A program made the translations under genes and the position numbers. A model generated the notes under the pieces. That model made no database searches. It was not told the origin of the DNA and worked only from the letters and a program-made list of their open reading frames with translations. Below are positions 53,308 to 64,000 of a DNA stretch of 64,000 bases, in pieces; the stretch's first letter is position 1, and the number at the start of each line of letters is the position of its first letter. The DNA comes from an uncultured Rivularia sp. (GTDB lineage: Bacteria; Cyanobacteriota; Cyanobacteriia; Cyanobacteriales; Nostocaceae): assembly GCA_963665115.1 (NCBI GenBank), contig OY762007.1, forward strand, positions 1 through 64,000, in the 5' to 3' direction.

Positions 53308-54744
53308 ATGGTAAACTCCGAACAATCGAGCTATATTTACCAGACATCGCTAAAGTGGGAAAATAGGATAGGAAAAAGAATTCAACCTTTAACTTTTGAC
53401 CTCAGCATGGCTAATCCCTTAATCCAAACTCTCCAGTTAATTGCTAACCCGATAAACTTTTTCGATAACCATGCCAAAAAATATGGAGATACCTTTAGTT
53501 TGCGAGTTTTGGGAATAAATTCTCCCCCGGTTGTATTTTTTAGCAGCCCTCAAGCGATTAATGATTGTTTCGCAATTCCCGCTAATAAATTAGATTTTAA
53601 AAAAGCTACTCACGTATTTAAACCCTTATTCGGCAGCGATTCCATTGTCTTCCAAGAAGGTAAATCCCATAACCGGCAACGACAATTGTTAATGCCTCCG
53701 TTTCATGGCGATCGCCTCAAATCTTACGGTGATACAATCTGTCGTATAACTGAAGATGTAATTCGCAACTGGCAGGTTAACAATACTGTTTCTATGCAGC
53801 AAGTAATGCCGGATATCACTTTACAAATTATCCTTCAGGTGGTCTTTGGAATTACTCCAGGGGAACGTTACGAGAAATTAATCAAATTATTAACCGCGCT
53901 ATTAGATGATATTACTAAACCGTTGTTTTCCAGCTTATTTTTCTTTCCACCTTTACAACAAGATTTAGGAAAATGGAGTCCTTGGGGAAATTATCTCAAA
54001 AGACGCGAAGAAATTGATAAGTTAATATATGCAGAGATATCCGAACGTAGAATAGGGAAGAATAATTTAGGGGAAGATATTTTAAGTCTGTTAATGTCGG
54101 CGAGTGATGAAGATGGCGGTAAAATGACAGATAAGGAATTGCGCGATCAATTAGTTTCTTTATTATTATTGGGTTACGAAACCACATCTGGAGTATTGGC
54201 ATGGTTATTTTACACGATTCACTTCCATCGAGAAGTTAAAAATAAATTAATTAACGAGTTACAAAGTTTAGATAATAAATTAGATGATAATTCTCCAGAA
54301 ATAATTACTCAACTACCTTATCTAAATGCAGTTTGCTCGGAAACCATGCGACTTCACCCCATAGCTTTAATTTGTACTCCCCGCATGGCAATAGATAAAG
54401 TAGAAGTTGCGGGAGAAAAGTTTGATTCAGGCACCGTTTTGGTTCCCTGTATATATTTAGCCCATCGTCAAGAAACAACCTATCAACATCCAGATAAATT
54501 TATTCCCGAAAGATTTTTAGATAGAAAATTTTCCGCATTTGAATATCTGCCTTTTGGGGGAGGTTATCGGGGCTGTATAGGTCAGGCTTTTGCAGTGTAT
54601 GAAATGAAGTTGATTTTAGCAACTATTTTATCCCGGTTTGAGTTGGAATTAGTCGATAAAAAACCACTTTTACCCGTGCGTCGCGGGATTACTATTGTTC
54701 CTAATGGTGGAGTTTCGATGAAAGTTATTAAAACTGTATACTGA
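53308..54744 (+). CDS. Cytochrome P450 (CYP110-like); start uncertain (53308 or 53407)
   Basis: LGYETTS, ETMR, PERF and FGGGYRGCIG motifs. Confidence 0.92.
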   Translation: MVNSEQSSYIYQTSLKWENRIGKRIQPLTFDLSMANPLIQTLQLIANPINFFDNHAKKYGDTFSLRVLGINSPPVVFFSSPQAINDCFAIPANKLDFKKATHVFKPLFGSDSIVFQEGKSHNRQRQLLMPPFHGDRLKSYGDTICRITEDVIRNWQVNNTVSMQQVMPDITLQIILQVVFGITPGERYEKLIKLLTALLDDITKPLFSSLFFFPPLQQDLGKWSPWGNYLKRREEIDKLIYAEISERRIGKNNLGEDILSLLMSASDEDGGKMTDKELRDQLVSLLLLGYETTSGVLAWLFYTIHFHREVKNKLINELQSLDNKLDDNSPEIITQLPYLNAVCSETMRLHPIALICTPRMAIDKVEVAGEKFDSGTVLVPCIYLAHRQETTYQHPDKFIPERFLDRKFSAFEYLPFGGGYRGCIGQAFAVYEMKLILATILSRFELELVDKKPLLPVRRGITIVPNGGVSMKVIKTVY

Positions 54745-55263
54745 AGTTTCGGTAAAATCCGAAAAAATTTCGGCTAAAAGGATTAATAGGCTCTATTAAT
54801 AAGATTATTAAAAAATATACTCTTTTTTACTGTGCCTTGTTCCCTTTTCCCTCTTCTGCGACTAATTAATTAGCGTTTTAAAATACGGAAGAACCTATAA
54901 ACTTGAGTATAGAAATTTTGGCGTTGCTGATTAAAAGTATGATTTTCCCCCAGCCCCCAATTTTGGTGGATTTAGGGGGCATTTTAGATATAATAAAATA
55001 AATTAATATTTCAATTAAGCAACGCTAAAATTTTCCTCTGAGAGTATGTTTTATAAGTTAGATTTAATACCTGACCTGGCGACTGTAAGTCGCAGCTACA
55101 TAAGCAAAACCTACCTATCTCATATCGGACATACTCCGCTAACGTCGGTTATAAATCTACTAGCCCACGCAGGCGGACAATGCGGCGTGTAGTAGCGGTT
55201 TTAACCACTGGATACTTTTAAAACATCCTCTGAAGCCTCCGACTCTTATTTGGAGGCTTCATA

Positions 55264-55461
55264 TTACTTCTTCATAAGGTTTGTTCTTGTATAAAAGTAG
55301 TACGTAACCATAGGCATATAAATCATAAATAATATTATGCGATCGAGCACCTTATTATTAATATCAAATATTTCTGCGATGGCATCAGTTAACAAAACGC
55401 AGCCTAAAGCCATCAGCCCGATTACCATTGTATGGAACCATGCCGTGTCCGTAATTTTCAT
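55264..55461 (-). CDS. Small two-TM hypothetical protein
   Basis: GAGG RBS upstream, two hydrophobic helices, and a hairpin GAAGCCTCC..GGAGGCTTC downstream. Confidence 0.55.
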   Translation of the reverse strand: MKITDTAWFHTMVIGLMALGCVLLTDAIAEIFDINNKVLDRIILFMIYMPMVTYYFYTRTNLMKK

Positions 55462-55681
55462 CTATTTGCCTCTATACTAACTAAACAAGAATATTACGAT
55501 TACTTAAAGGACGTTTTAAAAGTCCCCGAAGGTATAATTTTACCCTTTTGACTTTGTTCAACTTCAACAAAAAATCAAGGCTTTAGCCATATACTGAGAT
55601 ACTTCTCTATGCTTACTATAAGAGCAAAAGACCCTTTTCAAAACATCCTCTTAGGTTTATTATACACATCAGAATTGACTT

Positions 55682-55965
55682 CAACCTATCAACATCCAGA
55701 TAAATTCATCCCCGAAAGATTTATTGATAAAAAGTTTTCTGCATTTGAATATCTGCCTTTTGGGGGAGGTTATCGGGGCTGTATAGGTCAAGCTTTTGCA
55801 GTGTATGAAATGAAGTTGATTTTAGCAACTATTTTATCCCGGTTTGAGTTGGAATTAGTCGATAAAAAACCACTTTTACCCGTGCGTCGCGGGATTACTA
55901 TTGTTCCTAATGGTGGAGTTTCGATGATTGTAAAATCGCGCCGAACAGAACATCAATCGTTCTAG
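55682..55965 (+). pseudogene. Duplicated 3' end of the P450 gene
   Basis: 55682-55927 is a near-identical 246-bp direct repeat of 54476-54721. Confidence 0.9.
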
Positions 55966-56194
55966 TCATACACCCTACAAATACTAACCATTAAGTAGGT
56001 AGGCGCAATTAAATGTAAGATGTCCGAAGCCGTTCACCAAGTATGCCCGAAGGGCTTAGTGTTCCCTTTTAGGGAATGAAGGAACGACTTAGCGCCGTCT
56101 CCCTCCGGGAGATAGCAACCGCAGTGACTGGGATTGCTTTGTTCCTCGCTTCGGACTAAGCGTATTATATTTACTTGTACTAACCATTAACATT

Positions 56195-56905
56195 ATGAAA
56201 CCAAACTTACATTTAACCCGCCGTAAATTATTGCAAATTTCTGGTTTATCAAGCATTAGTTTGCTTTTAGGTGGCTGCGGTACTCCAGTATTTGAAGGTG
56301 TAATAGGTGCGCTTTCCGAACCGCTAAATGAAAATCTTCAATCTTTATTATTAAAACCTCAAACGCCAGTACCGGAATTTTCACCTAACGAAATAGAACC
56401 AGAAGCTTTGATAGTAAATACATATAGATCCACCCCACTGATTAATCAAGAAAAATTTCGTTTAATTATTGATGGTGAAGTAGAAAATCCTCTGAGTTTG
56501 AGCATGGAAGATATTAAAACTTTACCTTTAACTTCCACAATTATTCGCCACGTATGTGTGGAAGGTTGGGCTGCAATTGTCCAGTGGGGAGGTATTCGCT
56601 TGCGGGAACTTGTGGCTTTAGCGCAACCAAACAACAACGTTAAATATGCTTATTTTCAATCCGCCGATGGTTACTATTCAAGCTGGGATATCGCTTCAAC
56701 TTTGCATCCCCAAACTTTATTAGCTTACGAGAAAAACGGCGAATCTTTACCAGTTGATAACGGTGCCCCTTTACGTTTGGCTTCCCCGATTAAACTTGGT
56801 TACAAACAAAGTAAATGGGTTACGAGAGTTACTTTGGTTAGTAATTTATCACGATATCAAGGCTATTGGGAAGACCAAGGTTATGAATGGTTCGCAGGAT
56901 TGTGA
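56195..56905 (+). CDS. Molybdopterin-dependent oxidoreductase (sulfite oxidase/MsrP-like), Tat lipoprotein
   Basis: TRRKLL Tat motif, LGGC lipobox, HVCVEGW, and GAPLRL..PIKLGYKQSKW. Confidence 0.88.
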   Translation: MKPNLHLTRRKLLQISGLSSISLLLGGCGTPVFEGVIGALSEPLNENLQSLLLKPQTPVPEFSPNEIEPEALIVNTYRSTPLINQEKFRLIIDGEVENPLSLSMEDIKTLPLTSTIIRHVCVEGWAAIVQWGGIRLRELVALAQPNNNVKYAYFQSADGYYSSWDIASTLHPQTLLAYEKNGESLPVDNGAPLRLASPIKLGYKQSKWVTRVTLVSNLSRYQGYWEDQGYEWFAGL

Positions 56906-57144
56906 CAACTAACGGTGTTTGCTGAAAATACTGAGCAACAGCGTTAAACTCTGTAGCTATTTCTATATGATATTATCCCCGCGATATTAGTGTTATTACC
57001 GATACATATTTAGGGATGATGATTGTAAAAAGGTATATATAGCTATGTACCAAAGCGAAATAATCATTTACACCAAAGTTGTGAAAATAAAAATTATTGC
57101 GATCGCCTTGGGATTATTTTAATGTTTACAACCAGAGCTTAGTA

Positions 57145-58356
57145 ATGACTAAAATTTTAGTAATAGAAGACGAAGAGTCAGTACGCGAAAATATATTAGA
57201 TTTATTGGAAGCGGAAGATTTTGAAGCCATTTCTGCTCCCGACGGTAGAGCCGGGGTTGATTTAGCACTCAATGAGTCACCAGATTTGATCTTGTGCGAC
57301 TTAATGATGCCAGAAATCAACGGTTTTGCTGTTTTAGCCCTATTGCGCGAAAAATTTAATACTTCTGCTATCCCTTTTATTTTTCTAACTGCACGTTCTG
57401 CAAAAAACGATTTTCGTCAAGGGATGGAATTAGGTGCTGATGATTATGTAACTAAACCATTTACACGTGCAGAACTGTTAAGTGCAATTTCTACCAGGCT
57501 ACAACGGCAAGCGGCAATTATAAAGAATCCAGCTTCTCATGCAGAAGTTAAAGCATATCCAAGGGAAATGCGAGTTATTGAGAAAACTTTACGTACAACC
57601 ATCGAAGAAGGCAAATTTCGCGAATTTCAAATGTATTATCAACCCATCGTTGATATTAAGTCCGGTGAGATGATTGCAGTGGAAACTCTGATACGTTGGT
57701 GGAGTCATAAGTTGGGTTTAGTTTCCCCTGCCGAGTTGATTCCTTTAGCAGAATCTACGGGTTTAATTGTACCTTTAGGTGATTGGATTTTAGAAAGTGT
57801 TTGTAAACAAACAAGGAATTGGTTAGATAGTGGTTTAGATGCTTTACCAACCTGCGTCAATGTATCCGCAAGTCAATATACACAACCATTATTTGTTGAA
57901 AAAGTTGCAAATTTACTCTCAACTTATAATTTAGCACCGCATTACCTAGAATTAGAATTTACCGAAACCTCAATGATGCAGGATATAAATAAAACTCTTG
58001 ATATCTTGCAACAATTAAAATCCTTGGGTGTCAAAATTGCAATGGATGATTTTGGTACTGGTAACTCGTCTTTAATTTACTTGAAAAAAATCCCCTTAGA
58101 TACCATCAAAATCGACAACTATTTTATATATAATCTCTCTCAAGATGGTCAGAAATTAGCAATTACTAAAGCTTTAATTCAGATGGGACAAAATCTCAAT
58201 TTGAAAGTTGTGGCTGAGGGAGTAGAAACCGTTAGCGAACTCAAGATTTTGCGCGACCTTAGATGCCATGCTATGCAAGGTTTTCTATTTACTCAGCCCT
58301 TGCCCAGTTCTGATTTTGAACAAATGTTAGCGAGCAAGCAAGGTTTACATATTTAG
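57145..58356 (+). CDS. Response regulator receiver + EAL c-di-GMP phosphodiesterase
   Basis: ILVIEDE, CDLMMP and KPF in the receiver; YYQPIV, ETL variant, DDFGTG, IKID and VAEGVET in the EAL domain. Confidence 0.92.
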   Translation: MTKILVIEDEESVRENILDLLEAEDFEAISAPDGRAGVDLALNESPDLILCDLMMPEINGFAVLALLREKFNTSAIPFIFLTARSAKNDFRQGMELGADDYVTKPFTRAELLSAISTRLQRQAAIIKNPASHAEVKAYPREMRVIEKTLRTTIEEGKFREFQMYYQPIVDIKSGEMIAVETLIRWWSHKLGLVSPAELIPLAESTGLIVPLGDWILESVCKQTRNWLDSGLDALPTCVNVSASQYTQPLFVEKVANLLSTYNLAPHYLELEFTETSMMQDINKTLDILQQLKSLGVKIAMDDFGTGNSSLIYLKKIPLDTIKIDNYFIYNLSQDGQKLAITKALIQMGQNLNLKVVAEGVETVSELKILRDLRCHAMQGFLFTQPLPSSDFEQMLASKQGLHI

Positions 58357-58606
58357 CTTTAGATACAAAACTAAGCAGTTAAGAAGGGTGCTTTATTTTT
58401 CCAATTAAAATTAGTTATTAATTATTATTGTTGTTTATTTAATTAAAAAATTGCCTTATAAAGGCTAGTATAAAAACCAAAATCATCAACTTTTTATACT
58501 ATAAATAGTAAATTCAGGAATGGCAGCAGCTGTCACAATTTTCCTGCAAGCTGTCTAAAGCTACGATAAAATCTGAACGTACTAACAATATTTGTAGCGT
58601 CACGCA

Positions 58607-58717
58607 CTAGTACAGTACGGCGTAAATAAAGCACCCATTTAAAAAGTTTGAAAGCCTTATCATATAATACTTTTTACTTCTTACTTTTGACTTTTTACTT
58701 CCGCGCAGCGGTACTAG
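58607..58717. mobile_element. 111-bp CTAG MITE copy
   Basis: Near-identical to 21483-21593. Confidence 0.9.
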
Positions 58718-58846
58718 GCTGTTGACTTTGAGAAAATTTACGCGCTTAAAGTAGTTCATAGCCCCATCCCTCTCCGTTATCTTGGGAGAGGAGTGCCGGA
58801 GGCGGGGCGAGGTTTCTCGATATGTGGTTCACTCAACTGAAAACCG

Positions 58847-59389
58847 CTATGTCGTTATAGTTTTTAAAATTTGTACCAGCAAAACCTCTAAGTTTTGCGT
58901 TCCTTCGTGACGGATACCAATAAAAAAAGTAGGAGTGCGCTCGACTCCGTGTTCGATACCGCTATCAATGTCTTGTTGTACCCGCTCGCGATGAAGGCGA
59001 TCGCTCAATTCTCTTAACACCCGAGGAATATCTAATTTGAGTCTATCGGCATACTCGATCAGATCGCCATCTTCCAATGCCTGTTGATTCTCAAACAATA
59101 AAGAATGCATTTCCCAAAATTTGCCCTGTGCGCCTGCTGCTTCTGCGGTTTCTGCCGCCTTTAGGCACTGGGGATGAATATCGGAGTCAGGAAAGTGACG
59201 AAACACAAAACAAAAGCGATCGCCTAATTGCTGTCTTAGTTTCTCAATGGTTGAATAAGCTTGTGCCGATTGAGAACATTGATAATCACCATATTTCATT
59301 AAAACTAAGGCGGTAGTAGATGTTCCTGAAATATGGTCGTTTTCCCGTAGAGGAGGAATTCCATTGGAATTGATTTGGATCATGGACAA
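58847..59389 (-). CDS. DsbA-like thioredoxin-fold protein (CxxS variant)
   Basis: YGDYQCSQS, FRHFP, AAEAAGAQGKFWEMH-like segment and TPTFFI. Confidence 0.85.
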   Translation of the reverse strand: MSMIQINSNGIPPLRENDHISGTSTTALVLMKYGDYQCSQSAQAYSTIEKLRQQLGDRFCFVFRHFPDSDIHPQCLKAAETAEAAGAQGKFWEMHSLLFENQQALEDGDLIEYADRLKLDIPRVLRELSDRLHRERVQQDIDSGIEHGVERTPTFFIGIRHEGTQNLEVLLVQILKTITT

Positions 59390-59559
59390 ATAAAAAAACT
59401 TCTGGTGAAGTAAAGTAATGGGTGATTTTAAATCAATATTTCTGACTTATTTATGCTACGGACAATCGAGTTTAAATTTCGCCTCAAAATAGTTATGAAT
59501 TACAACCTAACTTGAGGCAAATATTTTTCCCTAACTTTTGGCCAGGTATGGTGAAGGAG

Positions 59560-59950
59560 ATGAGTAGGGAGTAGGGAGTAGGGAGTAGGGAGTAAGGAGT
59601 AGGGAGTAGGGAGTAGGGAGTAGGGAGTGATGAGTAGGGAGTAGGGAGTAGGGAGTAGGGAGTAGGGAGTAGGGAGTAGGGAGTGATGAGTAGGGAGTGA
59701 TGAGTAGGGAGTAGGGAGTAGGGAGTAGGGAGTAGGGAGTGATGAGTAGGGAGTAGGGAGTAAGGAGTAGTGAGTAGGGAGTAGGGAGTAGTGAGTAGGG
59801 AGTAGGGAGTAGGGAGTAGGGAGTGATGAGTAGGGAGTGATGAGTAGGGAGTAGGGAGTAGGGAGTGATGAGTAGGGAGTAGGGAGTAAGGAGTAGTGAG
59901 TAGGGAGTAGGGAGTAGTGAGTAGGGAGTAGGGAGTAGGGAGTAAGGAGT
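59560..59950. repeat. Long STRR tract (GGGAGTA)n with variants
   Basis: Seen directly. Confidence 0.97.
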
Positions 59951-60363
59951 AAAGTATTAATTTGAACTTTAAAAACATTGTTTAATTGCGTCTTAATTCC
60001 TTCCTGAAAGCTTTAATCCCGATCGCTTGTTTGATTGAAGACTTAACAGCTAATTTATACGCAAAAAAGGGCGTTGCAGATACGAAAACATTGAAAATTA
60101 ACTTTAAAATATGCAACCCCAATTATTTTCTGAGATGTCTAATATTGCCCAAGTCCGCCACTATTAGCTCTAAACACGGCAGCGTGCATAAAAATTTTCG
60201 GGTAATAAGTAGTAAGTAAAATACAACAGAAAAATAATGAAATCATGTGGCGGACTAAACATTATTTTAGTTGAGATTTCAAGGTTAGTAGTAGCGCCGT
60301 CTTCGCCTCATAATTAGAGATTCGGAGGCGAGTACAGAGCTACTACAAACCCCTTAAAAAGTA

Positions 60364-60625
60364 TTACTCAACAAGAGTTTGGTCGATGTAACACCAGCGC
60401 CAATCTTCATTTGGTTCGATTGATTCAACAATGGGATGTTCTGTTTTATTAAAATGCTTGGTAGCGTGTTTATTTTTAGAAGAATCACAGCAACCAACAT
60501 GACCGCAAATTAAACACATTCGCAGATGCACCCAGGAATCCCCCATTTTGAGACATTCTTCGCATCATGAAGGCACTAGGAGTAACTTCTTCAATTTGGT
60601 TTGCGTGAGTACAGTTTGAGTTCAT
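60364..60625 (-). pseudogene. UBP-type zinc-finger protein, frameshifted near 60565
   Basis: MNSNCTH..PSA in one frame and CEECLKMGDSWVHLRMCLICGHVGCCDSS..HATKHF in another. Confidence 0.75.
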
Positions 60626-60657
60626 AATTTTCCAATCTCCTTGTTTACTTGAATTAT

Positions 60658-60819
60658 CTAATCTATTGGCTCAAACTTAGATTTAATAGTATGGCATTGG
60701 GGACAAGACCAATCATCAGCAACATCTTCAAAAGCAGTACCTGGTTCAATTCCCGAATCTGGATCGCCTTTTTCTGGGTCGTAGATATAACCACAAACGG
60801 GGCATCTATATTTTTTCAT
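60658..60819 (-). CDS. Rubredoxin (53 aa, absent from the ORF track)
   Basis: [61 protein letters not shown]. Confidence 0.93.
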   Translation of the reverse strand: MKKYRCPVCGYIYDPEKGDPDSGIEPGTAFEDVADDWSCPQCHTIKSKFEPID

Positions 60820-60880
60820 GATGAGCGTATTCTCCTGAATTTAAGTAGAAATTTGCTTTCTTCGATCTGACTTGAAAATG

Positions 60881-61792
60881 TTACAAACCAGCTTGTTTAA
60901 TATACTGTTTGACTGTCAAAGGTTTAATCTGGGGATAGCGAGAATTTTGAATATTATCCAACTTGGCTTTACTCGATACCATTACATATTCGTATTGCTG
61001 CGGAATATATTCTACTGGTGAAGAAGCTGTTTTCTTCTTATCCTCAATCCAGTTTTTTAGTTCTTCGACGCTACCCATATGTTGAACCTCTAACTTTTTA
61101 CCTGTAGCTTCTTCATAAGATGCTTTAAGCTGTTTCATCGTCAACACTTCCCCAGTAACTTCTAAAGCAGTATTGACTAATTCACCATCGCTGACAGCTT
61201 CGGCAACATATTTAGCAGTGTCTTCAACCGAAGTATAGTCTACAAGAGTTTCACCATCACCCCAGTATCTAAAGATGCCGTTTTCTAAATCGAATTGAGG
61301 AGAATAGGGAGTAGGAATAGTATCCATAAATGCCCCGTTAAGAATTAAGGTGTATTCCAAACCGCTAGCTTGAAGATGTTCTAAAACCTGTTTTCGCATA
61401 TCTAAATTATCGTTATCGCCGTAATCTATTTTGCGATAATCCACAGAATAGTCAGAAGAAATAAACCTTTTTACTCCTTGCTTTTTGGCTGCATCGATGG
61501 CATTTTTCTGTCCCGGTACGGTAACTTGATTGTTGCCAACTGCCGAAACAATAACATCAACGCCCTCAAATATTGGCAATAAAGTATCGGGTTTCACCAA
61601 GTCTCCTTCAACTACGATTGCACCTTGTGCTTTCATCGCGTCGATATCTTGGCGGTTATCCTCTTTATCGTAGCTACCAGGGCGCACCATTGCTTTAACT
61701 TCGGTTTCACCTTTTTCCAGTAAAGCTTTAACGATTTGCGTTCCCAACATTCCTGTTGAACCGATAACTAATACTGTTGTTTTATCTGCCAT
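60881..61792 (-). CDS. NmrA/isoflavone-reductase-like NAD(P)-binding protein
   Basis: VLVIGSTGMLG and AAKKQGVKRFISSDY motifs. Confidence 0.88.
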   Translation of the reverse strand: MADKTTVLVIGSTGMLGTQIVKALLEKGETEVKAMVRPGSYDKEDNRQDIDAMKAQGAIVVEGDLVKPDTLLPIFEGVDVIVSAVGNNQVTVPGQKNAIDAAKKQGVKRFISSDYSVDYRKIDYGDNDNLDMRKQVLEHLQASGLEYTLILNGAFMDTIPTPYSPQFDLENGIFRYWGDGETLVDYTSVEDTAKYVAEAVSDGELVNTALEVTGEVLTMKQLKASYEEATGKKLEVQHMGSVEELKNWIEDKKKTASSPVEYIPQQYEYVMVSSKAKLDNIQNSRYPQIKPLTVKQYIKQAGL

Positions 61793-62056
61793 AACTTGCT
61801 CCTTTGATTAATAAAATCTAATTATAAAAAAGGGATAATTTCTATTCGTTCGGTACGGTTAAAACAACATCATAAAGATGATATTCATTTTCAGCAACAC
61901 CTTCCCAATATTGTGAATCTCCGCCAAATACTGGCTGTTTCTTAAGACTTTCAATAGTTTATAGACTCAGCCATTGCCATATATCTGTATCTCTCCTTTC
62001 TACTTTCGATAGATAAAATTTAACCAAACTGTTTGCTCAACTTTTGCACGGTCTAT

Positions 62057-62194
62057 TTAGTCTAGTCTCACAGCAGTTAAATCAAGCTTTTCTGGAGAAC
62101 GAGCAAAAGCTGTTACCTCATGTCCTGCTTTTAAAGCTTTATCTACCGTAAAGCGACCAATGTTTCCGGTAGCACCACAAATAAGTACGCGCAT
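62057..62194 (-). pseudogene. Truncated NAD(P)H-binding (atypical SDR) gene
   Basis: MRVLICGATGNIGRFTVDKALKAGHEVTAFARSPEKL followed by an early stop after 45 aa. Confidence 0.75.
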
Positions 62195-62220
62195 TTTTTT
62201 GATTTATAATTACTTTTCTA

Positions 62221-62973
62221 TTACAGTCGTGTCATTCCACCATCAACCGACAAAGTTTGTCCTGTCATAAAACGAGAATCTTCTGAAGCTAAGAAAGAAA
62301 CTACACCAGCAATATCATTTGGATCTGCGATGCGATGAATTGCCTGCATCTGTTTAACCATGTCAAACATATCTGCCTGCTCGCCGCTTTCTGTTGTACC
62401 AGTGCGAACCATACCAGGAGAAACAGCGTTGACGGTAATCCCTATATCTGCGACTTCAGTAGCTAAAGCACGGGTGAAACCAATAACTCCCATTTTGGCA
62501 GCCGTGTAGTGAGTTACATTAGGTGCGACTGCCCAACAAACATTAGAAGAAATATTAATAATTCGTCCCCAATTATTTTGCTTCATCATGGGCACAAAAG
62601 CTTTACAGGTTAAAAACAAGGCATCTAAATCTACTGAAAGAATTTTACGCCAATCTTCAAAACTCATTTCTGCAAAAGGTTGAAAAGGATAAATTCCAGC
62701 ATTATTAATCAAAATATCGCAGCGTCCAAACTGAGATTTGACGGCTTCTGCTAGTGCTTGAATATCTTCTTGAGAAGTTACATCGCAAGTTTTAGTTAAT
62801 GCCTTCCCACCTGCATCCTTAACCATTTTCTCAGTTTCAGTAGCCGGATGTCTCGAAGTCAAAACCAAATCTGCTCCTTCGGTTGCCAAACGTCGAGCAA
62901 ATTCCTGCCCCATTCCTGAAGATGCACCTGTCACTACTGCGACTTTTCCTTGATGTTTGTTTTGGTTCATCAC
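62221..62973 (-). CDS. Classical short-chain dehydrogenase/reductase
   Basis: TGASSGMG, NNAG, YTAAK and VDGG motifs. Confidence 0.95.
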   Translation of the reverse strand: MMNQNKHQGKVAVVTGASSGMGQEFARRLATEGADLVLTSRHPATETEKMVKDAGGKALTKTCDVTSQEDIQALAEAVKSQFGRCDILINNAGIYPFQPFAEMSFEDWRKILSVDLDALFLTCKAFVPMMKQNNWGRIINISSNVCWAVAPNVTHYTAAKMGVIGFTRALATEVADIGITVNAVSPGMVRTGTTESGEQADMFDMVKQMQAIHRIADPNDIAGVVSFLASEDSRFMTGQTLSVDGGMTRL

Positions 62974-63172
62974 TAATTCCTTGAAATTTTCTTCAAACGC
63001 TTTTGAAGAGCTTATCAGCCATCTATTACCTTTGACTTCTCTGTTATTGCTTTATTTTGTCTAAAATTGCTCTAATAAGGAAAAATATTGATGTATCAAA
63101 CATCAAAGCTGAATAAATTAGATTATCGCTTCTGTAGTTAAAATTAAGCCTAATATAGCAATCGCAATAGCG

Positions 63173-63640
63173 CTAACTAAAGGCATATATGTTTGTAAAA
63201 AGTTGGATTGGGGAAGAAGTTCTAGCCATTAAAGAATTAACAATGGCTGCAACATCAGCGGCTAAATCGTGAATAGTGATTCCTGTGGTGGAGCCACTAC
63301 TTGCTTCTACTCCACGAGGATTGACGGCGATCGCCCTAAATCCAGATTCAGCTAGTACAGTACGGCGTAAATAAAGCACCCATTTAAAAAGTTTGAAAGC
63401 CTTATCACATAATACTTTTTACTTCTTACTTTTGACTTTTTACTTCCGCGCAGCGGTACTAGTACCTTCATTAAGTCAGTAAAATCATCAGCACCCCTTG
63501 CCCACGATGGTATCAAGACCACAGCTTCACCAGTTCCAGCTATTAATATGCTACTACTAGCGTCTCCTACCTTAATTTGTTCCATAGAGCAGTTATCGGG
63601 TGTAAGCTGCTCGTAAGGCTTTTCTAAAGCGGGATGCATA
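63173..63640 (-). pseudogene. Alpha/beta-hydrolase gene fragment disrupted by the CTAG MITE
   Basis: GTGEAVVLIPSWARG..LMKV|LAESGFRAIAVNPRG..S is rejoined when the MITE is removed. Ends before any nucleophile motif. 5' boundary approximate. Confidence 0.75.
63352..63462. mobile_element. 111-bp CTAG MITE inserted in a gene
   Basis: CTAG occurs on both sides; excision restores ATGAAGGTACTAGCTGAA (MKVLAE) on the minus strand. Confidence 0.92.
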
Positions 63641-63843
63641 GCTAATTTCTGCTTTACTTTATTAAAAACGTTTCTAGAATGAAAATTATCAGTAAATAAA
63701 ATACTTTGGCTATCAAGTTCTTGCCTAATTTTGTCTAAAATTGCCTTATTTGATAATCGCCCAGAAAGAAAGTTAGTTGAACCGAATTCATTTTTGTTAC
63801 TTCTGAGTCGTTTATTTTTATCATTTGCTATGTTAAAAATAAA

Positions 63844-64000
63844 ATGAATCAAGTCCAATCTATTCGCATTCTCGTAGCTGAAGATCACGAAATTGTTCGT
63901 GACGGTATCTGTGCTATTGTCAATCAGCAACCAGATATCACCGTTGTTGCAGAAGCGGAAGATGGCGAACAAGCAGTGCAACTATACCGAGAATCGCAAC
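63844..64000 (+). CDS. NarL/LuxR-type response regulator, 3'-truncated by the window edge
   Basis: MNQVQSIRILVAEDHEIVRDGICAIVNQQPDITVVAEAEDGEQAVQLY. Confidence 0.88.
   Translation, partial: MNQVQSIRILVAEDHEIVRDGICAIVNQQPDITVVAEAEDGEQAVQLYRESQ

Noticed and set aside
59493..59978. 161-aa LLPTPYS-repeat ORF
   Set aside because: Translation of the STRR heptamer tract.
63352..63981. 209-aa minus-strand ORF as one gene
   Set aside because: It is a chimera of the antisense of the response regulator, intergenic DNA, a hydrolase fragment and the MITE.

Overview
AT-rich DNA from a cyanobacterium, most likely a filamentous Nostocales-type strain. This rests on frequent HIP1 GCGATCGC octamers, heptamer STRR tracts, many GTAG-REP/MITE elements and typical cyanobacterial genes. 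1-12.1 kb is a type I-D CRISPR-Cas locus: the 3' part of cas10d with an internal cas11d start, cas7, cas5, cas6, cas4, cas1, cas2, a leader and a 25-repeat array. After the array comes an unusual module: a small RHH-like gene, two convergent DUF6888/DUF6887-like gene pairs (one with a nonsense mutation), a solitary degenerate CRISPR repeat between them, and a divergent HTH-WYL regulator. Other highlights are two REP-anchored tandem arrays (130-bp and 177-bp units), an intact TnpB-only IS200/IS605 element splitting a TPM-domain gene, a run of small co-oriented accessory genes punctuated by one hairpin family, a vanadium haloperoxidase followed by Fe-S/flavin redox genes, and a NACHT-HEAT-caspase protein with an amyloid-like tail. 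The rest is metabolic or housekeeping. Seven genes carry +1 frameshifts in short homopolymers, which are most likely sequencing errors. All family assignments come from motif recognition by eye, not from database searches.
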